A DNA stretch of 64,000 bases from Marinicella sp. (lineage in GTDB: Bacteria > Pseudomonadota > Gammaproteobacteria > Xanthomonadales > Marinicellaceae). The notes below the pieces were generated by a model, which saw only the letters and a program-made list of their open reading frames with translations, was not told where the DNA came from and made no database searches. Location of the stretch: contig OZ246001.1 of the NCBI GenBank assembly GCA_965230295.1, forward strand, positions 2,784,001 to 2,848,000, written 5' to 3'. A program made the translations under genes and the position numbers. Shown piece after piece: positions 39,784-48,891 of the stretch (positions are counted from its first letter, which is position 1; every line of letters begins with the position of its first letter).

Positions 39784-40944
39784 ATGAATTTTGAATTGAA
39801 TGAAGACCAACAAGCTTTTGTTGATGCCGCCAAAGAATACGCCGCCAGCGAGATGGCCCCACATGCGGCCAAATGGGATGAGGAAAGTTTCTTCCCGGTT
39901 GATGTGATTCGCAACACCGGGGAATTGGGTTTCTTGGGTATTTACTCGCCTGAAGCCTATGGCGGTTTGGGGTTGAGCCGTTTGGATGCATCATTGATTT
40001 TTGAGGAAATGTCCAAGCACTGTACATCGACCACAGCCTACTTAACGATCCACAACATGTGTGCCTGGATGTTAACCACCTTTGGCAGTGAAAAATTGGC
40101 CAGTGAATGGGGCACCAAACTCACCTCGGGTGAATTGTTGGCATCTTATTGTTTGACCGAGCCTGGACATGGGTCTGATGCTGGCAATTTGAAAACAACG
40201 GCAACCAAGACGGACAGCGGTTATGTGCTCAATGGCAGCAAGACATTCATATCAGGTGCGGGTTCTACTGAAATTCTGATCGTCATGGCACGTACTGGCG
40301 AGGCCGGTCCGAAAGGTGTTTCGTGCTTTATGGTACCGGCTGACAGCGCCGGAATTTCTTACGGCAAGAAAGAAGACAAAATGGGTTGGAATTCTCAACC
40401 CACCAGACTGATCACTTTTGAAGACGTTAAAATACCTTTAGAAAATTTGATAGGTGATGAGGGCGAAGGTTTTAAATTCGCCATGAAAGGTTTAGATGGT
40501 GGTCGCATCAACATCGCATCCTGTTCATTAGGAACCGCTCAGGCCGCGTTGAACCAGGCACAGGCCTACATGTTGGAACGCAAGCAGTTTGGTAAAACTT
40601 TGGCGTCATTCCAGGCTTTACAGTTCAAATTGGCTGACATGTTGACTGAGTTGATTGCTGCACGTCAAATGGTTCGCTTGGCTGCACATAAGCTGGATCA
40701 TAAACACCAGCAAGCTTCTGCGTATTGCGCCATGGCCAAACGCTTTGCCACCGACGTTTGTTTTCAGATTTGTGATGAAGCTTTACAGTTACATGGTGGC
40801 TATGGTTACATCAAAGAGTACCCCCTAGAGCGCCATGTGCGTGATACCCGTGTACACCGCATCTTGGAAGGCACCAATGAAATTATGCGCCTGATCATAT
40901 CCCGCAAAATATTACAAGAAGGTGCCGCTGAGGTGATCATCTGA
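39784..40944 (+). CDS. Acyl-CoA dehydrogenase (probably isobutyryl-CoA dehydrogenase)
   Basis: YCLTEPGHGSDA, NGSKTFISGAG, KMGWNSQPT, GLDGGRINI, QLHGGYGY, ILEGTNEIMR. Lies in the mms operon. Confidence 0.9.
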   Translation: MNFELNEDQQAFVDAAKEYAASEMAPHAAKWDEESFFPVDVIRNTGELGFLGIYSPEAYGGLGLSRLDASLIFEEMSKHCTSTTAYLTIHNMCAWMLTTFGSEKLASEWGTKLTSGELLASYCLTEPGHGSDAGNLKTTATKTDSGYVLNGSKTFISGAGSTEILIVMARTGEAGPKGVSCFMVPADSAGISYGKKEDKMGWNSQPTRLITFEDVKIPLENLIGDEGEGFKFAMKGLDGGRINIASCSLGTAQAALNQAQAYMLERKQFGKTLASFQALQFKLADMLTELIAARQMVRLAAHKLDHKHQQASAYCAMAKRFATDVCFQICDEALQLHGGYGYIKEYPLERHVRDTRVHRILEGTNEIMRLIISRKILQEGAAEVII

Positions 40945-42047
40945 TGAATGAGGCAGTCTACGCTGAAACCACTCACAAACTCAGTGAGAACATCAAAACC
41001 AAGTTGGTAGAAGCGGATTTTGGCTTGTTGGGCAAAATCGTTTTGGATAAACCCAAGGCACTGAATGCCATATCGACTGACATGATTGAAGCCATGCAGG
41101 CCACTTTGGATGCCTGGGCTGATGATGGTCAAGTGAAAGCCGTGTGGATAGAAGGTGCCGGTGATAAAGCGTTTTGTGCCGGTGGCGATGTGGTGATGCT
41201 GTACCGATCGATGCAAGAAACAGCGCAAGGCGATGTGCCAGCCAAAGCCCATGAGTTTTTCACCAAGGAATATAAGCTGGATCAAACCATCCACAACTAT
41301 GCCAAACCCGTCATTATTTATGCCGACGGCATTGTCATGGGTGGCGGTTTGGGCGTGGCTGTGGGTGGTTCGCACCGCATTGTGACTGAACGCTCAATGA
41401 TAGCGATGCCAGAAGTGACCATTGGCTTGTATCCAGATGTGGGTGCATCCTGGTTTTTTAATCGCATGCCTGGTAAATGTGCCGAGTTTCTGGGCATGAC
41501 TGGCGCACGCATGAATGCAGCCGATGCCTTGTTCACCAAATTGGCTGATTTTGCGGTGAACACAGAAGATCTGGCAACCATGCAGTTGGCCATTTTACAG
41601 TCTGATGGCACCCATGATGGCATCACTGCGGCGATCCAGTCAGCGCAAATGGAACAACGGGTCCATGAATCGCAGCTGTGGGTTAATTATGAATTGATCA
41701 ATGAGTTGATGGCGCCGGTTGATTTGGCCGATGTGGTGCAACAATTCAGGGACTTGGAAACCGAAGACAAGTGGCTGGGGTTCGCCGCCAAGGCCTTGTT
41801 GGGTGGTTGTCCCATGACTTTACATTTGGTCAGGGAACAAATTCAAAGGGCCAAGCACATGAGCCTGTCTGAAGTTTTTTCGATGGAGCTGAACATGTCA
41901 ACCCAATGTGCCATGCATGCCGATTTACCAGAAGGTATACGCGCTTTATTGATAGATAAAGACAACCAACCCGAATGGAGTGTAGAATCTGTATCAGACA
42001 TCACCCCGGAAATGGTTGAGGTGTTTTTTACCCAGCCACAACTATAA
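40944..42047 (+). CDS. 3-hydroxyisobutyryl-CoA hydrolase (crotonase family)
   Basis: KPKALNA, KAFCAGGD, FFTKEYKLD, GIVMGGG, AMPEVTIGLYPDVG, EGIRALLIDKD..PEW. Confidence 0.88.
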   Translation: MNEAVYAETTHKLSENIKTKLVEADFGLLGKIVLDKPKALNAISTDMIEAMQATLDAWADDGQVKAVWIEGAGDKAFCAGGDVVMLYRSMQETAQGDVPAKAHEFFTKEYKLDQTIHNYAKPVIIYADGIVMGGGLGVAVGGSHRIVTERSMIAMPEVTIGLYPDVGASWFFNRMPGKCAEFLGMTGARMNAADALFTKLADFAVNTEDLATMQLAILQSDGTHDGITAAIQSAQMEQRVHESQLWVNYELINELMAPVDLADVVQQFRDLETEDKWLGFAAKALLGGCPMTLHLVREQIQRAKHMSLSEVFSMELNMSTQCAMHADLPEGIRALLIDKDNQPEWSVESVSDITPEMVEVFFTQPQL

Positions 42048-42064
42048 ATATTAGAGGAATTGTT

Positions 42065-42955
42065 ATGAGTCAAAATATCGCTTTTATCGGTTTAGGTAAC
42101 ATGGGTGGACCCATGGCCAAAAACCTGATCAAGAACAATTTTACAGTCACCGTCTATGACTTGAACCAAGACGCCATGGCTGATCTTAAAGCAGCTGGTG
42201 CTGACACAGTGGATAACGCCAAGGCAGCCGTTCAAAATGCAGATGTGATCATTTCGATGTTGCCCAATGGTGCCATCGTAAAATCTTTGTACATTGGTGC
42301 CAATGGTTTGATCAACGAAGTCAAAGATGATGTGTTGATCATCGACTCTTCTACCATTGCAGCCGACGACGCCCGAGCGGTGGCCAAAGCCTGTGAACAA
42401 AAAGGCATTGCCATGATTGATGCACCAGTTTCAGGTGGTACCGCAGCAGCCGAAGCCGGCACCCTAACATTCATCTGTGGTGGTGAGGCAGCGCATTTTG
42501 AAGCGGCCAAAACAGTATTAACGGCCATGGGTAGACACATTTTCCATGCCGGTGCTTCAGGTGCAGGCCAAGTGGCAAAAATTTGTAACAACATGCTGTT
42601 GGCCATCCACATGATTGGTACGGCCGAAGCATTGAATATGGGCGCTCAACAGGGTTTGGACCCAGCTGTGATGTCAGAAATCATGAAGGCCAGTTCAGGC
42701 AACAACTGGTCATTGCAAGTCTATAACCCATACCCCAATGTGATGCCCAATGTACCTGCCAGCAAGGACTATGCCGGTGGATTCATGGTGGATTTGATGA
42801 GTAAAGACCTGGGCTTGTCACAAGAGTTGGCGGCCAAATCAAAGAGCGCCACACCTTTGGGCGCGCTGGCTACCCAGTTGTATCAAATCCACCAGGCCGG
42901 TGGTGCAGGTGGTCTGGACTTTTCCAGCATCTTACAGTTGTTACAAAACAAATGA
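42065..42955 (+). CDS. mmsB: 3-hydroxyisobutyrate dehydrogenase
   Basis: FIGLGNMGGPMAKNL, DSSTI, DAPVSGG, GQVAKICNNMLL, YNPYP, GGFMVDLM.KDL. Confidence 0.95.
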   Translation: MSQNIAFIGLGNMGGPMAKNLIKNNFTVTVYDLNQDAMADLKAAGADTVDNAKAAVQNADVIISMLPNGAIVKSLYIGANGLINEVKDDVLIIDSSTIAADDARAVAKACEQKGIAMIDAPVSGGTAAAEAGTLTFICGGEAAHFEAAKTVLTAMGRHIFHAGASGAGQVAKICNNMLLAIHMIGTAEALNMGAQQGLDPAVMSEIMKASSGNNWSLQVYNPYPNVMPNVPASKDYAGGFMVDLMSKDLGLSQELAAKSKSATPLGALATQLYQIHQAGGAGGLDFSSILQLLQNK

Positions 42956-42974
42956 TTTAACTGAACTGATGATT

Positions 42975-43005
42975 AAAGCCTTGTTCAGCAGCAAGGCTTT
43001 TTATT
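42975..43005 (+). terminator. Rho-independent terminator of the mms operon
   Basis: AAAGCCTTG-ttcagcag-CAAGGCTTT followed by TTATT. Confidence 0.8.
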
Positions 43006-43024
43006 CGTTACTGTGTTTCATAAA

Positions 43025-43062
43025 ATAGAATACAGCGATATAAACATTCCATTTTACAGAAT
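43025..43062 (+). promoter_or_regulatory. Possible OxyR/LysR-type binding site upstream of catalase
   Basis: ATAG-N7-CGAT (43025-43039) resembles the OxyR ATAG-N7-CTAT unit. The second unit is degenerate. Context is a catalase promoter. Confidence 0.4.
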
Positions 43063-43107
43063 GGTGTAAGTTGCATAAACTGGGTTCATCATAACAACAA
43101 GAGAACA

Positions 43108-44574
43108 ATGATGAACAACAATCGATTAACCACCAGTGCCGGCGCTCCAGTTGCCGATGACAACAACAGCATATCCGTTGGCAGCCGCGGCCCTTTAACT
43201 TTTGACAACGTACAACTCTTTGAAAAATTGGCTCATTTTAACCGTGAACGCATTCCTGAGCGCGTGGTTCATGCCAGAGGTACCGGTGCATACGGCACCT
43301 TCACCTTAAACAAAGACCTGGGCGATTACACCATTGCCTCATTTTTACAAAAGAAAGCGACCCAAACGGATGTCTTTGTGCGGTTTTCTACCGTCGGTGG
43401 AGGCCAGGATTCAAGTGATTATGCCAGAGACCCACGGGGGTTTGCCATCAAGTTTTACACCTCCGAGGGTAATTTTGATTTGGTGGGTAACAACACCCCC
43501 GTATTTTTTCTCAATGATCCGATCAAGTTCCCAGATTTTGTTCATTCGCAAAAGAAAAACCCTCGAACAAACACCGCCGATCCGGCAGCGATGTTTGAAT
43601 TTTGGGCCAACCACCCACAATCGTTACACCAAATGACCATTCTGATGTCTGATCGAGGCATACCTTTAAGCTATCGACACATGCATGGCTTTGGTTCACA
43701 CACATTAAGCTTTTGGAATCATCAAGGTGAACGATTTTGGGTTAAATGGCATTTAAAGACCCATCAAGGTATTAAAAATGTACGCTCAGAAAATGCCCAT
43801 GAATACCCTGCTGATGGTGCACAAGCAGATCTGGTAAAAGCCATTGATGCGGGTGATTTTCCAAAATGGACGGTCCAGTTACAATTATTGTCAGAAGCAG
43901 ACACCCATAAGCTGAGTGTAAACCCATTTGATTTAACCAAAATATGGCCTCATGATGAAGTGCCGTTGGTAGACATTGGTGTTTTAGAATTGAATCGCAA
44001 TGTGAATAATTATTTCGCAGAAACTGAACAGGCCACTTTTGCACCCAGTCATTTGGTGCCTGGAATAGGTGCATCGCCAGATAAAATGCTTCAGGCACGT
44101 TTATTGGCATATCAAGATGCCCACCGTTACCGGGTGGGTGTGAATCACAATCAAATCCCAGTTAACAGGCCAAAATGCCCGGTTAATCATTACCAGCGTG
44201 ATGGTGCGATGGCCGGAATGTGTCCATATGGTCATGATGCACATGGGTCTGTCAATAATCAGGGCAGCGAGGTGAATTTTTATCCCAACGACCAAGTCAA
44301 TCAGGGCGCACCCAGGCCTGATCCGAAAGTGGCAGAACCGCCCATGCCGATGTCAGAAGATGTTTGGATCAAGCCGCATGACCAAAGCCATGAAGACTAC
44401 TTTTCTCAAGCTGGAGATCTTTATCGGTTGATGACAGATGATCAAAAAAGTCAGTTGACCTCTAACATTGCCAGCGGTCTTAAGCATGCCAATGATGACA
44501 TCAAACAACGCATGTTGGCGCAATTTGAGTCAGCGGATTCGGATTATCGATTGCGGGTAGAAGCTAAAATGTAA
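43108..44574 (+). CDS. Monofunctional small-subunit heme catalase
   Basis: FNRERIPERVVHARG, VRFSTV, RDPRGFAIKFYT, GNNTPVFF, and proximal ligand RLLAYQDAHRYR. Confidence 0.97.
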   Translation: MMNNNRLTTSAGAPVADDNNSISVGSRGPLTFDNVQLFEKLAHFNRERIPERVVHARGTGAYGTFTLNKDLGDYTIASFLQKKATQTDVFVRFSTVGGGQDSSDYARDPRGFAIKFYTSEGNFDLVGNNTPVFFLNDPIKFPDFVHSQKKNPRTNTADPAAMFEFWANHPQSLHQMTILMSDRGIPLSYRHMHGFGSHTLSFWNHQGERFWVKWHLKTHQGIKNVRSENAHEYPADGAQADLVKAIDAGDFPKWTVQLQLLSEADTHKLSVNPFDLTKIWPHDEVPLVDIGVLELNRNVNNYFAETEQATFAPSHLVPGIGASPDKMLQARLLAYQDAHRYRVGVNHNQIPVNRPKCPVNHYQRDGAMAGMCPYGHDAHGSVNNQGSEVNFYPNDQVNQGAPRPDPKVAEPPMPMSEDVWIKPHDQSHEDYFSQAGDLYRLMTDDQKSQLTSNIASGLKHANDDIKQRMLAQFESADSDYRLRVEAKM

Positions 44575-44775
44575 TCAGAGTGATTGACACCGCATTGAAA
44601 CGCACTTGGACACCAGAGAATTGGCAACTGTGCTAGCCAGGTCATCACGCACATACCAGATGGCCTGGCCCAACATGCAACATAAAAGTACTTGCTCAAG
44701 ATACATACAGGCATACATTAAGTTATAATTGATACCACATTGAAAATGTAGTGAACGTGATAACCAGTTTTCTGT

Positions 44776-46170
44776 ATGTATAACAACATTTATTCTGAAG
44801 TGAGTGATCTGACCGAAAGACAAACTGAAATATTGTCTTTGGTCAGTAAAGGATGCTCCAACGCCGACATTGCAAAATTGTTGAGCATATCGCCCAACAC
44901 GGTCAAAGCGCATTTGGCTACAGTACTTGAGAGACTTCATGTCAGTAACCGCACCGAAGCCTCAGTGTTGTTTGAAAAACACCTCCATGGGCAAACGGTC
45001 TTTGGGCAGGATGATCAAGAACTGAGTCCTTTTTTAAGCATCAACTTACTCTATAAAAACCTCAGCCGAACACGGGAAATTGCTGAAAATTTATCACGAT
45101 TGATATTGGGGATGGAAGTTTTTTCTGTTGAAGCCCGGGCCTCTGAAAATTTGATTGATGACAGTCATGACATCAACCAACCCTATTTGATTAAAATTGA
45201 CGACCTCAGTGAAATCAATGCAACGGTACAAATTTCTTTGTTCAGTCACGACAGAACAAACAATCATCAAGTGTTGTTGTATAAGTCTGCTCATTCACTG
45301 GAGTCATTTGAACCAGAAACATTGATCAAGCACGCCATCATCATTTACCGACAAGTATTACAGCATCAGACAGAGCAACCACACAACCAACATGATGCAA
45401 CAAACCAAATGACAAGGCAGTTGTGTGAAGTGCTTGAATGGGTAGAAGCCACCAATACCCAACAAATTCAAGCCGCTATGAAACGCTGCGAACAACTGCT
45501 TGAAGTTCGGCCCCAATGGCATCTGCTGTATGCCATCAAGGCGGTGGTGTTGTATAAAATGATCACCAATGGTTTGGCCCAAGATGTCAAAGCGGACATG
45601 GCAACTTTGGTAGAAATGGCCAGAAAATCCCTGTCATTGAAACCGGAAAGTGCTTGGTCTCAATTGGCATTTGCCTATTTTTGTGTGCTAAGTTCAGACT
45701 TGATCATGACCGAAAAACATTTGAAAGCCTGTTTAAAATCGAATCCCTGTCAATACCGAGCCAAGCAACTGTTAGGACAAATCCTGGCATTTTCTGGTCA
45801 GATGGATGCCAGTGTTGAAGTGTTTCACCAAATGTTACACGAATTTCCAGAAAGTGAATCTGCAGGGTCCAGCTGCGGCGCTTTGGCTCTGGTTCATTAC
45901 TGTGCGCAGGATTTTGAACAAAGCAAAAAAATGGCCAACCGTGCTCTGTTGTATAAGGATGCACCTCAAGTTCCAATGATGTTAACCCTGCTTGCAGTCG
46001 CACAACAGCAGCAAGATGAGGTTCAAATCGAGTCTTTATTGGCACAACTCAAGACAGCCAATATTGGTGTTGATGACATCCAAAAGTCATTACATGTGGC
46101 CGGTAAAATTGTCCCCGCTGAATATTTGCAAGGCTATTTGCGCAGCTTGCAACAAGTAGGAGTTATATAA
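44776..46170 (+). CDS. N-terminal LuxR-HTH regulator with C-terminal TPR domain
   Basis: LTERQTEILSLVSKGCSNADIAKLLSISPNTVKAHLATVLERLHVSNRTEA, then a TPR-like helical region. No TM segment. Confidence 0.85.
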   Translation: MYNNIYSEVSDLTERQTEILSLVSKGCSNADIAKLLSISPNTVKAHLATVLERLHVSNRTEASVLFEKHLHGQTVFGQDDQELSPFLSINLLYKNLSRTREIAENLSRLILGMEVFSVEARASENLIDDSHDINQPYLIKIDDLSEINATVQISLFSHDRTNNHQVLLYKSAHSLESFEPETLIKHAIIIYRQVLQHQTEQPHNQHDATNQMTRQLCEVLEWVEATNTQQIQAAMKRCEQLLEVRPQWHLLYAIKAVVLYKMITNGLAQDVKADMATLVEMARKSLSLKPESAWSQLAFAYFCVLSSDLIMTEKHLKACLKSNPCQYRAKQLLGQILAFSGQMDASVEVFHQMLHEFPESESAGSSCGALALVHYCAQDFEQSKKMANRALLYKDAPQVPMMLTLLAVAQQQQDEVQIESLLAQLKTANIGVDDIQKSLHVAGKIVPAEYLQGYLRSLQQVGVI

Positions 46171-46190
46171 CTTTTCTTGCCTTCAGGCCA

Positions 46191-46234
46191 TAGCCCGTTC
46201 GGGTGATGGTGCTGTCTGCCAAATTGATTAACAT
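46191..46234 (+). promoter_or_regulatory. Candidate activator site plus -10 element for the C92 enzyme gene
   Basis: TAGCC-CGTTC-GGGTGAT (46191-46207), then 21 nt, then TAACAT. Matches the site at 47876-47860. Confidence 0.5.
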
Positions 46235-46263
46235 GGAATCACTTAATCGCAACAGAGGTCAAA

Positions 46264-47262
46264 ATGACAAACAAAGAACAACAAATCACATTGAACGAAT
46301 TGGTGCCTGGTGACGTACTGGTGATGCAAGGAGCACAAAATGTATCCTGGCCTACCATCATTGCTGAAGGTGATATGGATGCCGCCTTGATTCAGGCAAT
46401 CATGTGGCTGACCCATTCAGATGTGTGCCATGGTGCCATCTATTATGGTGCCAACAATCAATTACACAGTTTAATTGATGATGGTGAGAAAGGGGTGGGC
46501 CAACATGGTATGACCACGGGTGACGGAAAACCTGATACTTGGTATGTACGCCGCATGAACGGTACCGAAAGCATGCAGCCAGTCTTGGCTTTGGCTATGA
46601 AATACAAAGGTGAAAAAACAGCCTATGATTGGGAGTTATTGACTTTGTTGGGCTTGTTATTGATTTATAAAAAAGTCACACCAGACAGCAGTTACTACCA
46701 AGGACTGTTGATCATTTTAGAAAAGTTGGTGGTGACCATTGATCAATTAACCCATCAATCCTCCACCCATTATTTTGTGTGTTCACAGTTTGTGGCTGCT
46801 TGTTTTGACCAAGCAGGTTCCTCATATGAGTTGGATGTCGTTGACGGCAACCTTTCGACAGGATCTTATGCCACCGGCATTTCAGTGGTTGACCATTGTG
46901 TCAGTCACATGAGTTTAAATGATCTGACTGTAAGTCAACCCATAACAGATTTGCCGTTAACAGCTGAAGACCTGAAGTTGTTGGTCGAAACAGATGAAAC
47001 TGAGGTCGCCGCTGCCCCGGCGTCAGTGGATGACCAAAATCGCATGACCCAAGCTTGTGACCAATTTCTGAAGCTGTTCTTTACTTTGAATGCTGAGTCG
47101 CTTGGCTTAAGCACTGATCAATATGCAACCGCAAAACAAAGGATGCAATTGGCACAAAAGTACCAGGCAGATTTTGTGACCCCAGCTGATTTAAAAAGCC
47201 ATTGCAGCAATTTAACACCGATAGGGATGATTGAGTTTGTATATGGTAAGGCCATGCCTTGA
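46264..47262 (+). CDS. Permuted papain-like NlpC/P60 enzyme (YiiX/YaeF, peptidase C92-like)
   Basis: PGDVLV, His motif SDVCHGAIY before Cys motif FVCSQFVAACF, plus YDW and FVTPADL. No signal peptide. Confidence 0.75.
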   Translation: MTNKEQQITLNELVPGDVLVMQGAQNVSWPTIIAEGDMDAALIQAIMWLTHSDVCHGAIYYGANNQLHSLIDDGEKGVGQHGMTTGDGKPDTWYVRRMNGTESMQPVLALAMKYKGEKTAYDWELLTLLGLLLIYKKVTPDSSYYQGLLIILEKLVVTIDQLTHQSSTHYFVCSQFVAACFDQAGSSYELDVVDGNLSTGSYATGISVVDHCVSHMSLNDLTVSQPITDLPLTAEDLKLLVETDETEVAAAPASVDDQNRMTQACDQFLKLFFTLNAESLGLSTDQYATAKQRMQLAQKYQADFVTPADLKSHCSNLTPIGMIEFVYGKAMP

Positions 47263-47280
47263 CAGGCATGTATAAAGGGG

Positions 47281-47308
47281 AAGGCAGGTTGAACAACCTG
47301 CCTTTTTT
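47281..47308. terminator. Rho-independent terminator between convergent genes
   Basis: AAGGCAGGTT-gaac-AACCTGCCTT followed by TTTT. Confidence 0.85.
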
Positions 47309-47316
47309 GTGCTTGT

Positions 47317-47778
47317 TTATTTCAAACAGTACAAACGTTGATGGATGTGTTTATGCTGCCAGCCTAAGATTGGAAGGTATACTTTGCCATCCCAATCGAC
47401 AAACATGCAGAAATGGTTGAAGTCTTCACAGCCAATGGTGATTTTTGCTTTTAAGGCCACCAGGTCAAGATCATAAGAAATCGATGATTGGTTCTTGTCA
47501 ATGGTACCACCACCACTCCAAACTTCATTACCAAACAGCGAAACCTTGACCCTGAATTTGATGTGCCAATCATCACCATCCAGTTTCAAATCAGCGCAAA
47601 CGCCAATGTCCACCACCTTCAATACCCCAACGCTGGCGCAGCGTTCACTGCTGGAGGCAGATTCAGCAGCCATTTGTTGACTGATGGGATCCAATTCCAT
47701 CAGGCTCTTGGTGATGGTTTCTAATTCAGCAATGGGTTTGCCAGTCAATTTTTCTAATTGTTGGTTCAGTTCATTCAT
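47317..47778 (-). CDS. Hypothetical protein: helical N-terminal segment plus Cys-containing beta-rich domain
   Basis: AGGAGA RBS before ATG. 153 aa with alternating beta-strand pattern after SSSERC. No family recognised. Confidence 0.7.
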   Translation of the reverse strand: MNELNQQLEKLTGKPIAELETITKSLMELDPISQQMAAESASSSERCASVGVLKVVDIGVCADLKLDGDDWHIKFRVKVSLFGNEVWSGGGTIDKNQSSISYDLDLVALKAKITIGCEDFNHFCMFVDWDGKVYLPILGWQHKHIHQRLYCLK

Positions 47779-47831
47779 GATTTTCTCCTAAAGTTAATAT
47801 TAAAATGTCGCTATGGAATGCCGACGATTAA

Positions 47832-47876
47832 ACTTTAGTAAAGACTGCATGATTTGGTAATTACCCGATGAGGTTA
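47832..47876 (-). promoter_or_regulatory. Candidate activator site plus -10 element for the 47317..47778 gene
   Basis: Minus strand TAACC-TCATC-GGGTAAT (47876-47860), then 22 nt, then TAAAGT. Matches the site at 46191. Confidence 0.5.
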
Positions 47877-47994
47877 ACCCGTTATGCTGAGTCACCAATT
47901 TCCCCTGATTTTCAATGACTGATTGAGTAGCCTTTGATCGTTTGATTGAGAAAAAGCTTCGTAGTCTCAGGGATGGACCCTGGCAAGGAAGCGG

Positions 47995-48261
47995 TCAATT
48001 TTTACTGTTTGAGTCTGACGTATTGCTGTCTTCGTGGTTCGGTTTAATTTCGGGTACCGGATCAAAACCACCTTCACACATGGGTTGACACCGTCCCAGT
48101 CTTTTAAAGCCTAAATACATGCCTTTAAACACCCCAAAGCGGCGTACTGCTTCTATCATGTATTCAGAACAGGTGGGGTGAAAACGACAACGATTTCCAA
48201 GCAATGGGCTGATAACATATTGATAGCCTCGCAGAAATGAAATTAATAGGCTTCTAATCAT
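47995..48261 (-). CDS. yidD: Membrane protein insertion efficiency factor YidD
   Basis: [24 protein letters not shown]...FG..KG..L..KRL.RC.P...GGFDPVP. Confidence 0.93.
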   Translation of the reverse strand: MIRSLLISFLRGYQYVISPLLGNRCRFHPTCSEYMIEAVRRFGVFKGMYLGFKRLGRCQPMCEGGFDPVPEIKPNHEDSNTSDSNSKN

Positions 48262-48414
48262 TAAAAATGGTTGCTCATTGCGTCAGTTTCAGGTATAAAG
48301 TTCGCCTTAAAAAATAAGTTGTTCAGTGCTTCTGTTGCAGAAACATTGAAAAACAAGAAACAGTCCATATTTTAGCACGCGCTGTTATACGCGAAGCATT
48401 TAAAGGAGATAAAA

Positions 48415-48873
48415 ATGGCAGAAAGAAGTATCAATGATTTGCCCGCAGATTATGTTCCACAAATGGATTTACCTGACGGGTATGTGCCGAAAGACAAAGA
48501 TGAATACATGTGCGATGAGCATTTGGAATACTTCAGACGCAGGATTGAACAATGGAAAGAAGACTTGTTAAAAGAGTCCAATGAAACCATTGCCAATTTA
48601 CGTTCTGAAGCCCGAGACATCAGTGATGAAGCTGAAAGGGCTTCTCGAGAAACTGAAAACACATTTGAATTGAGAACCCGTGATCGGTACCGCAAATTGT
48701 TGAAAAAAATCAACAAGGCATTAGACCGGTTTAAGACAGGGGATTACGGCTATTGTGAAGAAACCGATGAAGAAATTGGTTTACCTCGGCTGATCGCCAG
48801 ACCCATTGCTACCTTGTGTATTGATGCACAAGAGCGTTGGGAACTGAAACAAAAGATAACCAAAGAAGGTTAA
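48415..48873 (+). CDS. dksA: RNA polymerase-binding factor DksA (two-Cys type)
   Basis: EYM...LEYFRR, coiled-coil tip DEAERAS.E, ELRTRDRYRKLLKKI, YGYCEETDEEIGLPRLIARPIATLCIDAQE. Confidence 0.93.
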   Translation: MAERSINDLPADYVPQMDLPDGYVPKDKDEYMCDEHLEYFRRRIEQWKEDLLKESNETIANLRSEARDISDEAERASRETENTFELRTRDRYRKLLKKINKALDRFKTGDYGYCEETDEEIGLPRLIARPIATLCIDAQERWELKQKITKEG

Positions 48874-48891
48874 TCAGGACTAACTTATACC

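Noticed and set aside
44636-44669. Hairpin GCCAGGTCATC/GATGGCCTGGC after catalase as a REP or sRNA
   Set aside because: Single copy in the window with no U-tract. At most an mRNA-stabilising stem.
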